A stretch of 64,000 bases of DNA from positions 24,114 through 88,113 of the forward strand of contig CBCXTT010000003.1 of NCBI GenBank assembly GCA_965178295.1, written 5' to 3'. Under the pieces are notes generated by a model. It did not search any database, was not told the origin of the DNA, and saw nothing but the letters and a program-made list of their open reading frames with translations. Below, piece after piece: positions 43,283-54,500 of this stretch. Positions within the stretch are counted from its first letter, which is position 1. The number at the start of each line of letters is the position of its first letter. The position numbers and the translations under genes are program-made. The DNA is from Alphaproteobacteria bacterium (lineage in GTDB: Bacteria > Pseudomonadota > Alphaproteobacteria > UBA7879).

Positions 43283-43681
43283 ATGACAATGAGTGATCCC
43301 ATATCTGATTTTCTGTCGCGCATTCGAAATGCGCATATGGCAGGGCACACGCAGGTAGAATGCTTAGCTTCCCGCATGGGTGAGCGTATTCTTAACGTTC
43401 TTCAGGATGAGGGATATATTCTAGGATTTAAGCGCGAGAACGTACGTGAAGGTGTTAATAAAATTATTGTGGACCTGAAATATTTTGAGGGGCTGCCTGC
43501 AATTAAAGAGATGCGTCGGGTTTCACGACCGGGGCGTCGCACATATTCGCCGATTCAAGGTTTGGCAAAAAACCATCATGGCTTGGGAACTGTTGTGCTT
43601 TCCACCTCTCACGGCGTTCTTTCTGATGCGAAGGCGCGTGAGCTTAATGTTGGTGGTGAAATTTTATTTGAGATCTTTTAA
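43283..43681 (+). CDS. rpsH: 30S ribosomal protein S8
   Basis: MSDPISDFLSRIRNA... Confidence 0.9.
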   Translation: MTMSDPISDFLSRIRNAHMAGHTQVECLASRMGERILNVLQDEGYILGFKRENVREGVNKIIVDLKYFEGLPAIKEMRRVSRPGRRTYSPIQGLAKNHHGLGTVVLSTSHGVLSDAKARELNVGGEILFEIF

Positions 43682-43693
43682 GGGTAGAAGATA

Positions 43694-44227
43694 ATGTCGA
43701 GAGTTGGAAGAAAACCTATTCAAATTCCTGCAGGGGTTACCCTGGAATATTCAGGTAATATCTTGAAGGCAATGGGAAGGCTAGGTGAGCTAACGGTGCC
43801 AGTTTCAAGCTATGTTACTGTTTCTATAAATGCTACCACAGTATCTGTAACACCTATTAACGACAGTAAAGAATCGCGTATGATGTGGGGTACAGCCCGA
43901 AATTTGATTGCAAATCTTGTGAATGGAGCTGATACAGGATTTACTGTTGAATTGGAAATTCATGGTGTTGGGTATCGTGCAAACGTGCAAGATAACACAC
44001 TTGTTTTGGCTTTGGGCTTTAGCCATGATGTGCATTTTCCTATTCCGTGCAGTATTACGATTAAGTGCCCAAAGCCTACAGAGATTGTTATTCATGGAGC
44101 GGATCGCCAGTTAGTTGGACAAGTTGCCGCGAAAATTCGCTCATATAGGCCGCCTGAACCGTATAAGGGTAAAGGGGTGCAATACAAGGGTTCAGTCATC
44201 CTACGTAAAGAAGGTAAAAAGAAGTAA
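43694..44227 (+). CDS. rplF: 50S ribosomal protein L6
   Basis: MSRVGRKPIQIPAGV... Confidence 0.9.
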   Translation: MSRVGRKPIQIPAGVTLEYSGNILKAMGRLGELTVPVSSYVTVSINATTVSVTPINDSKESRMMWGTARNLIANLVNGADTGFTVELEIHGVGYRANVQDNTLVLALGFSHDVHFPIPCSITIKCPKPTEIVIHGADRQLVGQVAAKIRSYRPPEPYKGKGVQYKGSVILRKEGKKK

Positions 44228-44231
44228 CATC

Positions 44232-44594
44232 ATGTCAAATAGAGCTTTAAAATTGCGTCGTGCACGGCGTGTACACAATAAAATGCGTAAGCTAGCAAGT
44301 GCTGGTCAGCCTCGTTTGAGCATTTTCCGATCAAATCAGCACATTTATGCACAAATTATTAATGATGTTGAGGGCGTTACATTGTGCTCTATGTCCACAA
44401 TTAGTAAAGATTTGAGGCCAAAGCTCGAGAGCACAACAAACATGAATGCCGCTGAAGCAGTTGGAAAGTATTTAGCGCGTGCGGCAAAAAAAGTAGGTGT
44501 ATCTAAGGTAGTTTTTGATCGTGGACCCTATTTGTATCATGGCCGAATCAAGGCATTAGCCTCTGGCGCACGCGCTGAAGGATTAGAGTTTTAG
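44232..44594 (+). CDS. rplR: 50S ribosomal protein L18
   Basis: The ORF track 44115..44594 starts inside rplF. The family-typical start MSNRALKLRRARRVHNKMRK is at the ATG 44232. Confidence 0.85.
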   Translation: MSNRALKLRRARRVHNKMRKLASAGQPRLSIFRSNQHIYAQIINDVEGVTLCSMSTISKDLRPKLESTTNMNAAEAVGKYLARAAKKVGVSKVVFDRGPYLYHGRIKALASGARAEGLEF

Positions 44595-44619
44595 GCTCCG
44601 TTAAGTTGAAAGGAAGACA

Positions 44620-45201
44620 ATGTCTAAGCAGCAAAAAAATTCTAAGACAGCCCGAGAAGAGAGCCCATACATCGAAAAGCTCGTTGCTGTAAACCGTGTA
44701 GCCAAAGTTGTAAAGGGCGGTAAAAACTTTTCTTTTGCATCACTTGTTGTGGTTGGAGATGGAAAAGGACGCGTTGGCTTTGGAACGGGAAAGGCGCGTG
44801 AAGTGCCCGAAGGTATTCGTAAAGCGACAGAGCGTGCAACACGTTCTATGATACGTGTACCCTTGAAAGAAGGGCGAACATTTCATCATGATGTCATAGG
44901 ACATTTTGGCGCAGGACGTGTAGTGCTTCGTTCAGCGCCGCCAGGTACGGGGGTAATTGCAGGTGGGCCGGCTCGTGCAATTTTTGAAGCACTTGGCGTT
45001 CATGACGTTGTTTGCAAATCAACCGGCACATCGAACCCACACAATATGGTGCGTGCGGTTTTTGATGCGTTTGAACATACATATTCGCCGAGACAGGTTG
45101 CCGCACGTCGCGGTAAAAAGGTAAGCGATATTTTGGGGAGCCGGAGTAATGAGAAAACGCGGGTGAATGCATCAGATATTCATGAAGAGGGTGCTGCGTG
45201 A
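44620..45201 (+). CDS. rpsE: 30S ribosomal protein S5
   Basis: [19 protein letters not shown]... Confidence 0.9.
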   Translation: MSKQQKNSKTAREESPYIEKLVAVNRVAKVVKGGKNFSFASLVVVGDGKGRVGFGTGKAREVPEGIRKATERATRSMIRVPLKEGRTFHHDVIGHFGAGRVVLRSAPPGTGVIAGGPARAIFEALGVHDVVCKSTGTSNPHNMVRAVFDAFEHTYSPRQVAARRGKKVSDILGSRSNEKTRVNASDIHEEGAA

Positions 45202-45389
45202 TGTCAAAATCATCTAAAAAGATTACAGTAACACAAAGTGCAAGTCCTATTCGTCGTCAAACCTATCAAGCGGAGTGTTTGAAAGGATTAGGCCTTGGCA
45301 AGATCAATCGTGTACGTGAATTGGAAGATAATGCAACGGTGCGTGGCCTGATTAAGAAAGTACAGCATCTGTTGCGTGTTGAGGAATAA
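45198..45389 (+). CDS. rpmD: 50S ribosomal protein L30
   Basis: 63 aa. Position between rpsE and rplO. Confidence 0.85.
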   Translation: MMSKSSKKITVTQSASPIRRQTYQAECLKGLGLGKINRVRELEDNATVRGLIKKVQHLLRVEE

Positions 45390-45407
45390 CAGGAGGAGCA
45401 TTCGGTT

Positions 45408-45887
45408 ATGCGTTTAAATGAACTGCGTGATAATATTGGCGCGACACGCGCTCGGACACGTGTGGGGCGTGGAAAAGGGTCGGGAAAAGGGAAGACTTGC
45501 GGTCATGGATATAAAGGACAAAAAGCTCGTTCTGGTGTTGCTATAGATGGTTTTGAAGGTGGTCAAATGCCATTGCATATACGCTTACCCAAACGTGGGT
45601 TTAATCCGCACAAAAAAATAGAGCATGCTGTTGTGAATGTAGGACGTCTACAAGAGGCTATTGATGCAAAGAAGCTAAATGAGAACGTGGATGTGACAGT
45701 TGATGTCTTGCACGCAGCCGGCCTGATTCGCGATACGAAAAGTCCTGTGCGTTTACTTGCCAAAGGTAATCTTAGGTCAAAACTTAACATAAGCGTGCAC
45801 CATTCCTCCAAGAAGGCTGAAGAACTTGTTAAGCATGCAGGTGGTTCAGTGACGATTATAGGTGTAAGTCAAGCGAACAAAACTTAA
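45408..45887 (+). CDS. rplO: 50S ribosomal protein L15
   Basis: MRLNELRDNIGATRARTRVGRGKGSGKGKT... Confidence 0.9.
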   Translation: MRLNELRDNIGATRARTRVGRGKGSGKGKTCGHGYKGQKARSGVAIDGFEGGQMPLHIRLPKRGFNPHKKIEHAVVNVGRLQEAIDAKKLNENVDVTVDVLHAAGLIRDTKSPVRLLAKGNLRSKLNISVHHSSKKAEELVKHAGGSVTIIGVSQANKT

Positions 45888-45935
45888 CGCTTTAAAAGTT
45901 ATTTTTTAAATCTTATAAGAAGGGATATCAGAATT

Positions 45936-47264
45936 ATGTCTTCAGCTGCTGAGCAACTTGCTGAGAATTTAGATTTAAGTGTATTCTCAAAAGCAAAAGA
46001 GCTTAAAAAGAGGATATGGTTTACCTTAGGCGCTTTGATCGTCTATCGTTTGGGCACATATATTCCTCTTCCAGGTGTGGATCCTCAGGTGATGGCGGAT
46101 ATTACAAAAAGTACTTCAGGCGGTATTCTAGGAATGGTCAATATGTTCTCTGGTGGAGCGCTGGGACGTATGACCATTTTTGCGATTAATGTTATCCCTT
46201 ACATCTCAGCTAGCATTATCGTGCAGCTCATGTCTTCTGTCTATCCACCTTTTGAGGCACTGAGAAAGGAAGGGGAAAGTGGTCGTCTAAAACTCAACCA
46301 ATATACACGCTATGGAACGGTTTTATTGGCAACATTTCAAGGTTTTGCTGTTGCAGTGAGTTTAATGCGACAGGGGGCTGTTGATATGAACCCCATGATT
46401 TTTCAGGTGTCGACAGTTATTATTTTGGTGGGTGGTACCGTATTCCTCATGTGGCTTGGCGAACAGATTACCGCACGTGGTATTGGAAATGGTATCTCTC
46501 TAATAATTTTCTCAGGTATTATTGCAAACTTACCGCAATCTGCTCTTAGCATGCTTGAAATGGGGAAAGATGGCACGTTTCCGTTTACTTTTATATTAGG
46601 TATTGTGGTTCTTATTGCAGCTGTCATCTGTTTTATTGTTTTTGTAGAACGATCCTATCGCAAGGTGCTGGTACAATATCCTAAACGCCAAAAAGGCAAC
46701 AAGATGTATGGTGGGGAAACATCCCACATTCCCTTGAAGCTCAATGCTTCTGGTGTTATACCCCCAATTTTTGCGAGCTCTATCTTGCTCTTACCGTTAA
46801 CGGTTGCTAGTTTTGCAGCGGAGAATGGTCCCGAATGGGCGCAGACGCTCATGTTCTATCTGGGTCACGGGCGACCTCTGTATATGGTTTTGTTTAGTGT
46901 CCTTATTGTTTTTTTTGCTTTTTTCTATACAGGCATTGTTTTTAACCCTACTGAGACAGCAGAAAATCTTAAGAAATCTGGTGGGTTTATCCCCGGCATT
47001 CGCCCTGGTGTTAATACAGCTGAGTACTTTGACTATCTGTTGACACGGCTAACAGTTATGGGAGCGGCGTATCTCGTGTTTATTTGTATCTTACCAGAGT
47101 TTTTGATGGTCAAATACTCTCTTCCATTTTACTTTGGCGGGACCAGCTTATTGATTGTTGTGAGTGTAACCATGGATACAATTGGCCAGGTTCATTCTCA
47201 CCTGCTTGCGCACCAGTACGATAGCCTTTTGAAGAAAGCGAACCTGAAAGGGAATCGTCGATGA
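45936..47264 (+). CDS. secY: Preprotein translocase subunit SecY
   Basis: 442 aa, 10 TM. Position after rplO. Confidence 0.95.
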   Translation: MSSAAEQLAENLDLSVFSKAKELKKRIWFTLGALIVYRLGTYIPLPGVDPQVMADITKSTSGGILGMVNMFSGGALGRMTIFAINVIPYISASIIVQLMSSVYPPFEALRKEGESGRLKLNQYTRYGTVLLATFQGFAVAVSLMRQGAVDMNPMIFQVSTVIILVGGTVFLMWLGEQITARGIGNGISLIIFSGIIANLPQSALSMLEMGKDGTFPFTFILGIVVLIAAVICFIVFVERSYRKVLVQYPKRQKGNKMYGGETSHIPLKLNASGVIPPIFASSILLLPLTVASFAAENGPEWAQTLMFYLGHGRPLYMVLFSVLIVFFAFFYTGIVFNPTETAENLKKSGGFIPGIRPGVNTAEYFDYLLTRLTVMGAAYLVFICILPEFLMVKYSLPFYFGGTSLLIVVSVTMDTIGQVHSHLLAHQYDSLLKKANLKGNRR

Positions 47265-47914
47265 ACATCATACTTCTTGGCCCTCCAGGCTCTGGGAAAG
47301 GGACGCAGGCTCAGTTCTTAAAAGAACAGTATGGGTTGTTGCATCTTTCAACAGGCGATATGCTGCGCCATGAGGTATCGATGGGCACTTCTTTAGGGCT
47401 GAAGGCCAAGGATTTAATTGATTCGGGGCAATTTGTTTCTGATGCCCTGATTTTAAAAATGATCGGGCAATATTTGGATCAACCAGATTATAGCGTAGGC
47501 ATTATTTTAGATGGATTTCCACGAACGCCAACACAGGCAAGCGCATTAGATGCCATGTTAAAGGATAAAGATACGACGCTTGATCATGTAATCGAACTTC
47601 AGGTTGAGGAAAAAGTTTTAGCGAAGCGCATTATTGGGCGTTATAGTTGCCAGCAATGTGGCGCAGGGTACAATGAGTATTTTAAGCTACAACAAGAGCC
47701 GGGTGTTTGTGATGTGTGTGGTGGGCATGAGTTTAAACGTCGTGCTGATGATGAAGCAGAAAAATTAAGGACACGCTTAAAATTGTACCGTGAGCAAACC
47801 GAGCCTATTCTCCCGTATTACATGGGGAAGGGGATTTTTAAAAAGGTGGATGCGGCACAAGACATTAGTGATGTCTCTTCAGATATTACCAGGATTATTG
47901 AGGGTCCAGCATAA
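47261..47914 (+). CDS. adk: Adenylate kinase (with zinc-binding lid)
   Basis: MNIILLGPPGSGKGTQ... Lid CQQCG...CDVCGG. Confidence 0.95.
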   Translation: MNIILLGPPGSGKGTQAQFLKEQYGLLHLSTGDMLRHEVSMGTSLGLKAKDLIDSGQFVSDALILKMIGQYLDQPDYSVGIILDGFPRTPTQASALDAMLKDKDTTLDHVIELQVEEKVLAKRIIGRYSCQQCGAGYNEYFKLQQEPGVCDVCGGHEFKRRADDEAEKLRTRLKLYREQTEPILPYYMGKGIFKKVDAAQDISDVSSDITRIIEGPA

Positions 47915-47983
47915 AAGGCTTGACGAACGCAGTGACTCTAGATAGAACAACAACTAACCAATTGTAAGAAGGAGTATAAAATA

Positions 47984-48352
47984 GTGGCTCGTATTGCTGG
48001 TGTCAACATACCCGCTCAAAAGAATGTTGAAATTGCGCTAACATATGTTTATGGTATTGGGCGTAAGATGGCCGGTGATATTTGTCGACGTGCAAGTATT
48101 GATCCAACGTGCCGTGTCCATGTGTTAACGGATGAGGAGGTTGCACGTATTCGCCATGTCATTGATGAAAGGCATCAAGTGGAAGGAGCGCTAAGAAGCG
48201 TCGTTACACGTAACATTAAACGTTTGATTGATCTTGGTTGTTATCGTGGATTGCGTCATCGCAAGGGATTGCCTGTGAATGGGCAACGTACACATACAAA
48301 CGCACGTACACGTAAAGGTAAAGCAAAACCAATCGCTGGTAAGAAGAAATAG
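47984..48352 (+). CDS. rpsM: 30S ribosomal protein S13
   Basis: GTG start. ARIAGVNIP... C-terminal basic tail. Confidence 0.9.
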   Translation: MARIAGVNIPAQKNVEIALTYVYGIGRKMAGDICRRASIDPTCRVHVLTDEEVARIRHVIDERHQVEGALRSVVTRNIKRLIDLGCYRGLRHRKGLPVNGQRTHTNARTRKGKAKPIAGKKK

Positions 48353-48364
48353 TAGTAGGATAAA

Positions 48365-48757
48365 ATGGCTCAAAAGCAAACAGGAAAAGTACGCCGTCGC
48401 GAGAAGAAAAACATTTCTTCTGGCATTGCGCATGTCAATGCAACATTCAATAACACGTTGGTAACGATTACAGACCTTCAAGGCAATACCATTTCCTGGT
48501 CATCTGCAGGCGCACAAGGGTTTAAGGGATCACGTAAGTCGACCCCATTCGCTGCACAAATTGCCGCAGAAGTGGCTGGTGAAAAAGCGAAAGAACATGG
48601 TATGAAAACACTTGTGGTGTATGTCACTGGCCCGGGCTCAGGTCGCGAATCTGCTTTGCGTGCATTGATGGCAGCGGGATTTGAAATTACGATTATTAGA
48701 GATGTGACGCCTGTACCGCATAATGGTGTGCGTCCACCTAAGCGTCGTCGTGTATAA
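48365..48757 (+). CDS. rpsK: 30S ribosomal protein S11
   Basis: [18 protein letters not shown]... Confidence 0.9.
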   Translation: MAQKQTGKVRRREKKNISSGIAHVNATFNNTLVTITDLQGNTISWSSAGAQGFKGSRKSTPFAAQIAAEVAGEKAKEHGMKTLVVYVTGPGSGRESALRALMAAGFEITIIRDVTPVPHNGVRPPKRRRV

Positions 48758-48768
48758 TTGAACGGAAT

Positions 48769-49794
48769 TTGGGGGAAACTGTGCTACAAGATAACTGGCA
48801 AAAACTAATTCAACCTTCAGAAGTGACCTTAAAAATTGAAGGCTCTAATTTAAACAAAGCTCATCTCGTTGCAGAGCCTTTTGAACGCGGGTTTGGCTTG
48901 ACTATTGGGAACGCGCTACGTCGTGTTTTACTTTCCTCCATTCGTGGGGCGGCTGTTACATCCATAAAAATCGAAGGTGTTACACATGAGTTTACGGCTG
49001 TTCCTGGCGTTTTAGAGGACGTGACAGACATTATTTTGAATGTTAAAAATCTAGCGCTTAAGATAAACAGCGAAGGTATTAAGCATATTAGTGTTGCGTT
49101 CAAAGGACCTGGTGCTGTTAAGGCGTCTGATATAGAAACAGGTTCTGAAGTTGAGGTATTAAATCCTGATCTAGTGCTCTGTCATTTAGACAAAGAGGCC
49201 CAGTTTATGATGTCTATGGTTGTTGAATCGGGTTGTGGCTATGTGCCTGCGAGTCAAAACCGAAAAGAAGGTTTACCTATTGGTACAATTCCTGTTGATG
49301 CGCTTTACAGCCCAGTGCGCCGCGTATCCTATAAAGTGGAAGATACGCGTATTGGGCAGGTAACTGACTATGATAAATTGATCTTGGATGTTGAGACTGA
49401 TGGATCGCTTACCTCTGAAGATGCAATAGCCTTGGCTAGCCGAATTTTGCAAGATCAATTTCGCCCCTTTGTAAATTTTAAAGACCCAATTGATCTGCCT
49501 GTAGCGTATGAAGGAGTTGAAGATATTGTTCCGAAAAATCTTTTGAGACGTGTTTCTGAGCTTGAGCTTTCTGTGCGTGCTGCAAACTGCCTGAAGAATG
49601 ATAATATTATTTATATTGGCGACCTTGTTCAACGCACAGAAGCGGAAATGCTGAAAACACCAAACTTTGGTCGTAAATCACTGAATGAAATAAAGCAAGT
49701 TCTGTCGGATATGAATTTTCATCTTGGTATGGAGGTTGACTGGCCACCGGAGAACATGGAAGATTTAGTAAAGAAACTTGACGACCCTTATTGA
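48769..49794 (+). CDS. rpoA: DNA-directed RNA polymerase alpha subunit
   Basis: The ORF starts at TTG 48769. The true start may be the GTG at 48781 ([12 protein letters not shown]...), which follows GGGGGA. Full-length RpoA, 337-341 aa. Confidence 0.9.
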   Translation: MGETVLQDNWQKLIQPSEVTLKIEGSNLNKAHLVAEPFERGFGLTIGNALRRVLLSSIRGAAVTSIKIEGVTHEFTAVPGVLEDVTDIILNVKNLALKINSEGIKHISVAFKGPGAVKASDIETGSEVEVLNPDLVLCHLDKEAQFMMSMVVESGCGYVPASQNRKEGLPIGTIPVDALYSPVRRVSYKVEDTRIGQVTDYDKLILDVETDGSLTSEDAIALASRILQDQFRPFVNFKDPIDLPVAYEGVEDIVPKNLLRRVSELELSVRAANCLKNDNIIYIGDLVQRTEAEMLKTPNFGRKSLNEIKQVLSDMNFHLGMEVDWPPENMEDLVKKLDDPY

Positions 49795-49817
49795 GCTAGA
49801 AGGAAAGGAAAAGACAC

Positions 49818-50231
49818 ATGCGACACTTAGTGCATGGACGTAAGTTAAGCAGAACAGCGAGTCATCGTAAGGCTTTGTTCATGAATATGGCACGGGAATT
49901 AATCACGCATGAGCAAATTAAGACAACGTTGCCTAAGGCAAAAGAGTTGCGTGCGGTTGTTGAGAAACTTGTGACGCTGGGAAAAAAGGGAACGCTGCAC
50001 CATAAGCGTCAGATTTTATCACGCCTGAATAATGATAATACTGTTTCAAAAAAACTGCTAGGAGAAATAGCTACGCGTTATAAAGATCGTTCTGGTGGAT
50101 ATACACGGGTTTTGAAAGCTGGTTTCCGCTATGGAGATAATGCACCGATGGCAATCATTGAATTTGTGGCGCGCCCGGATCCTGTAATTGGCGGGGGTGC
50201 TGCTGATAAAGAAATTGACAAAAAATCTTAA
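49818..50231 (+). CDS. rplQ: 50S ribosomal protein L17
   Basis: [21 protein letters not shown]... Confidence 0.9.
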   Translation: MRHLVHGRKLSRTASHRKALFMNMARELITHEQIKTTLPKAKELRAVVEKLVTLGKKGTLHHKRQILSRLNNDNTVSKKLLGEIATRYKDRSGGYTRVLKAGFRYGDNAPMAIIEFVARPDPVIGGGAADKEIDKKS

Positions 50232-51027
50232 GGCCTCTTTTGAAGAAAAGATCAATTAAAGATATTGCTTCACTAGTAAACGTGCCTATATTTTTTCGTG
50301 CGCAGAGAGGAAGTCTTGAGGAGAAGTTTTTCTCTTTTTTTACTGTTCGATAAAGCGTGCCCATGCTTTTTTTATGTTCAAGGGGGTGTGTGCATGGACA
50401 TACACGATGATGGGTGATTCCCGGTTAAGAGCGTTGAAAAAAGTATGGGGTGGATTTTCTCTTAAGGCATTTTTTCTCAGCCATAAAGGTGTAGCTGTAT
50501 TCTGCGTCTAAGGCGCTAACACGATGCTATGTACAAAAATATCAATCGATCGCATAGGCTTTATCTCGTTCTCTCGCGGCGTAGATATAAGAAACATTAC
50601 CTGATTATATTCTTGAATTTACACAAGTGATACTTAGACACGGGATTGTCATTCAAGTGATCAAGGTCCCCAATCGATTCATTGAAGAGCATTCATCGAG
50701 CGTAATCGCAATTAGAAGTCAACCATTTTGTTGAATACGCTGACCTATACCACTACACGGGTACGGCGAGTAGTTTTGGGTTGCTTGATGCGGTTAGAAT
50801 GTATCCGAATACCATACAAGAAGCGCACGAGGGTGTGCGCGGAGCGTACTGTATGGGGGCTTCCTGGCTCTTTAAGGATGCATGCGGGAGCTTATGTGCT
50901 GAAAGAGAGTAAGATTGTCTTAAGCACATCTTGCAATACCACGACATGTGGGAAGTAAAAGTTATATAGGGTTGCGCATGTGCTATGGTAGTTTTAGTGC
51001 ACAGGAGATAAAAGGAGTTTTTGCATT

Positions 51028-51603
51028 ATGTCTCATAATCTGATTGAAATTACAGAAATAAGCCACGATGTTGTTTTAGATATTGTGTATGCAACAAAAA
51101 ATAATTTTATGGGGCAGGTAATTTACAAGGAACCACGCTGTTTTTTGCATAAGGATATGGTGCCTCAATTAGAGCGTTCAATTGATTATTGTGCGCAAGC
51201 TGGATACAAGCTAAAAATATTTGATGGCTATCGCCCCATGGGCGCAGTCCAAGTTTTTTGGGATGCAGTACAAGATCCTCGCTATGTCGCGCATCCCAAA
51301 AAAGGATCTATGCACTCGCGTGGTGTTGCCCTGGATGTGACGTTGGTTGAGGTGAAAACAGATATGCAGTTAGATATGGGATCAGGATTTGATGTGTTTT
51401 CTGATGCATCTCATCACTTTAATTGTGATGTGTCGGCGATAGCACAGCGAAATCGCTTGATGCTATTAGAGATTATGTTGTCTGCTGGATGGGATAAACT
51501 ATCAACAGAGTGGTGGCATTATCAGGCTTTCAATGCTGAGTCATATCCGTTAATTTCTGATGATATGCTATCATCGTCCATGCATTTGATTGCAGACGCA
51601 TAA
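51028..51603 (+). CDS. ddpX: D-alanyl-D-alanine dipeptidase (VanX/DdpX family, peptidase M15D)
   Basis: SMHSRGVALDVTLV (SxHxxGxAxD) and EWWHY motifs. 191 aa. Confidence 0.8.
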   Translation: MSHNLIEITEISHDVVLDIVYATKNNFMGQVIYKEPRCFLHKDMVPQLERSIDYCAQAGYKLKIFDGYRPMGAVQVFWDAVQDPRYVAHPKKGSMHSRGVALDVTLVEVKTDMQLDMGSGFDVFSDASHHFNCDVSAIAQRNRLMLLEIMLSAGWDKLSTEWWHYQAFNAESYPLISDDMLSSSMHLIADA

Positions 51604-51843
51604 AGTTTGAGCATGTATTTAAGGAATTATATTCTATTTTCATAGAATGTGTCTTTGATAACGCTTGTTGTCTGAACGCCCTTGGGTGTACGTTTGTTGT
51701 GACGCTTCGCCCGTGTTAGTGGGGAGAAAAAATTGAAAATTAGCTCCATGTTGCTTGTATTGTCTCCTATCTATGATACTCATCTAGTCTTTTTTATGCA
51801 TAGATCGCTTGCTTTTATATCGTGATATTCTTACCATCTTTCT

Positions 51844-53991
51844 ATGTACATTGCGGCACTCAAAGACAAAGTATCACATTACACTGTTGCAGAGAGAGAG
51901 TTGATTGAACACGCCTTCTGTTTTGCGGACGAGGCGCACGGTGGGCAAAAGCGTCAGTCTGGTGAACGCTATATAATGCACCCTGTGGCTGTTGCAATAC
52001 TCTTAGCGGACATGAAATTAGATGCAGCCTCTGTTGTGACGGGGTTGCTGCATGATACGGTCGAAGATACACGCATCACTGTCAAAGATATAGAAAAACA
52101 GTTTGGAATAGAAATTGCGCATTTAGTCCGTGGTGTGACCAAATTATCCAAGATTGAGCTTCGATCGAAGCAGAGCACACAGGCGGAGAATTTTCGCAAG
52201 CTTGTTTTAGCTATGTCGGATGATATTCGAGTGCTTTTGGTAAAGCTTATTGATCGCCTTCACAATATGCGCACGATACACTTCATGCATTCCAAAGACT
52301 CACAAAAGCGTATCGCCTTAGAAACAATGGAGATATATGCACCTTTAGCAGAGCGTATTGGTATGCGGCGCGTAATGGACGAGCTGCATAATTTGGCTTT
52401 TAAAACACTGCATCTGGAAGCTTATGAGTCAATTGATATGCGTCTAAAGCGTATTGAAGTGGAAGGGGAAGGGCAGCTTCAATCTATCATTCAGAGATTG
52501 GAAACAACTTTGCAATACGCAGGTATTCGCGGAAAGGTTTTTGGGCGCAGGAAAACCCCATACTCCATATGGCGTAAAACTCAGCGAAAAAGTATCTCTT
52601 TTGAGCAAATCTCAGATGTACATGCTTTTCGAGTGGTGCTCCACTCTGTGGCGGATTGCTATCAAGCGTTGGGGGCGATTCACAATGAGTATCTTGTAGT
52701 GCCTGGGCGTTTTAAGGATTATGTTTCCACACCTAAGCCCAATCACTATCAGTCGCTTCATACAACTGTTATATCGAGTAATCAGTGTCGTATTGAGGTT
52801 CAGATTCGTACACAGGAAATGGAGGCTATTGCAAAATATGGCGTTGCCGCTCATTGGGAATATAAACAAGAAGGTGTATCTTCAAAGGATGGACGGCAGT
52901 ATAAATGGCTGCAAGGCTTGCTAGAGATTTTAAATCATGCACCCACACCAGATGAATTTCTAGAACACACAAAGTTGGAAATGTTTCAAGATCAGGTATT
53001 TTGTTTTACGCCCGCAGGAGACTTGATTGCATTACCGTGTGGCGCGACATGTATTGATTTTGCATATGCGGTACACTCGGATATTGGCAACCGATGTACA
53101 GGCGCTAAAATTAATCTTCGCTTAATGCCACTAAGAACAGAGCTCAAAAATGGAGATCAGATAGAAATCATAACGTCTCCTAGTCATGAACCATCACCTA
53201 CGTGGGAACGGTTTGTCGTGACAGGAAAAGCGCGTGCCAGCATCAGGCGATATATTCGCGGACAGCAACAATCGGAGTTCTTCGAACTTGGTTTAGCGAT
53301 TGTAAAAAAAGCATGTCGTCAGCACGATATGTTGTTTTCGAAAAAGCTTTTTGAGGGCAATTTTGAGTCCTTGAATTGTGAAGATTTTGATGAGCTATGC
53401 ATTGCTGTTGGCCGTGGCGAATACACGGCGCATGATGTGGCAAGAAAATTTTTTCCAAAGAATGCGATTCCCCAGCTCAATGAAGAAAAAGAAGAGAGGT
53501 TTAATTTGCCTCTTCCAAAAGCACGGGCTACTAAAAAACAAGGAAATTCATCTGGCATCATGATCCAGGGATTGGTACCTGGTATGGCAATACACTATGC
53601 GGCGTGTTGTCACCCATTGCCAGGCGATAGAGTAACAGGTGTTGTTATTACGGGTAAGGGAATTACGATTCATACAGCTGAATGCGAAACACTAGCACAA
53701 TACCAAGATCAGCCAGAGCGTTTGCTCGATCTATCCTGGGATGAGGCCGGTAATGATATTTTTGTTGGTCGGATATTTATGATTTTGCGCAACCAACCTG
53801 GGGCGCTTGGGAAGATTTCTGCTATTATAGGAGTAGCACCGGCAAATATTGTGAATTTAAAAATAACGCGTCGGGCAGATGATTTTTTTGACTTATATGT
53901 AGATATAAATGTACAAAATTCAGATGCATTATATAAAATAATGGCAACATTACGAGGCTCACCTATTGTGAGTTATGTGGAGCGTCGCTAA
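51844..53991 (+). CDS. rsh: Bifunctional (p)ppGpp synthetase/hydrolase, RelA/SpoT homologue
   Basis: HD domain (HPVAVAILLADMKLD...HDTVEDT), synthetase, TGS and C-terminal ACT-like regions. 715 aa. Confidence 0.9.
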   Translation: MYIAALKDKVSHYTVAERELIEHAFCFADEAHGGQKRQSGERYIMHPVAVAILLADMKLDAASVVTGLLHDTVEDTRITVKDIEKQFGIEIAHLVRGVTKLSKIELRSKQSTQAENFRKLVLAMSDDIRVLLVKLIDRLHNMRTIHFMHSKDSQKRIALETMEIYAPLAERIGMRRVMDELHNLAFKTLHLEAYESIDMRLKRIEVEGEGQLQSIIQRLETTLQYAGIRGKVFGRRKTPYSIWRKTQRKSISFEQISDVHAFRVVLHSVADCYQALGAIHNEYLVVPGRFKDYVSTPKPNHYQSLHTTVISSNQCRIEVQIRTQEMEAIAKYGVAAHWEYKQEGVSSKDGRQYKWLQGLLEILNHAPTPDEFLEHTKLEMFQDQVFCFTPAGDLIALPCGATCIDFAYAVHSDIGNRCTGAKINLRLMPLRTELKNGDQIEIITSPSHEPSPTWERFVVTGKARASIRRYIRGQQQSEFFELGLAIVKKACRQHDMLFSKKLFEGNFESLNCEDFDELCIAVGRGEYTAHDVARKFFPKNAIPQLNEEKEERFNLPLPKARATKKQGNSSGIMIQGLVPGMAIHYAACCHPLPGDRVTGVVITGKGITIHTAECETLAQYQDQPERLLDLSWDEAGNDIFVGRIFMILRNQPGALGKISAIIGVAPANIVNLKITRRADDFFDLYVDINVQNSDALYKIMATLRGSPIVSYVERR

Positions 53992-54059
53992 GAAAGCAGC
54001 GATTTTCTTTGACTGAACAGCATGTTATGCGTTAGTAAGGGGGTAACTTATGTGTTACG

Positions 54060-54476
54060 GTGTGTGGTGTGATTTTAGGTATTGGAAGTGACGTTGTAAA
54101 TATTGAGCGAATTCAGCACTTGTTGGATGTGTATGGAGATCGTTTTATAGATAAAGTGTTTACAGCTGATGAGAAAAAACGTGCGGATATACAAGATTCA
54201 GGAGCGCGTGCTGGAATTTTTGCGAAGCGATATGCCGCGAAAGAGGCTATGGCAAAAGCTTTGGGCACAGGAGTATCCAGTGGAATTTTGCTCCGTCATA
54301 TCGGTGTTAAAAATCTTGGGAATGGCCGACCGGTTGTACGATTAACAGATGTTGCAGCGCGCTGTCTAGTAGAGATGACACCTGATGGTATGGAGTCAAA
54401 AGTAGAATTGAGCTTGAGTGATGATCCGCCTGTTGCGCAGGCGTTTGTGATTATTTCGGCCGTTCCTAGAAAGTAG
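54060..54476 (+). CDS. acpS: Holo-[acyl-carrier-protein] synthase
   Basis: ILGIGSDVVNIERI... The ORF begins at GTG 54060. The family-typical start MILGIG corresponds to GTG 54069. Confidence 0.85.
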   Translation: MCGVILGIGSDVVNIERIQHLLDVYGDRFIDKVFTADEKKRADIQDSGARAGIFAKRYAAKEAMAKALGTGVSSGILLRHIGVKNLGNGRPVVRLTDVAARCLVEMTPDGMESKVELSLSDDPPVAQAFVIISAVPRK

Positions 54477-54500
54477 TGAGTATTAAGAACAGGTTGATAG

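Noticed and set aside
50232-50400. Rho-independent terminator after rplQ (AGAGA...TCTCT followed by a T-run)
   Set aside because: The stem is only ~5 bp with a ~25-nt loop. That is too weak to call with confidence.
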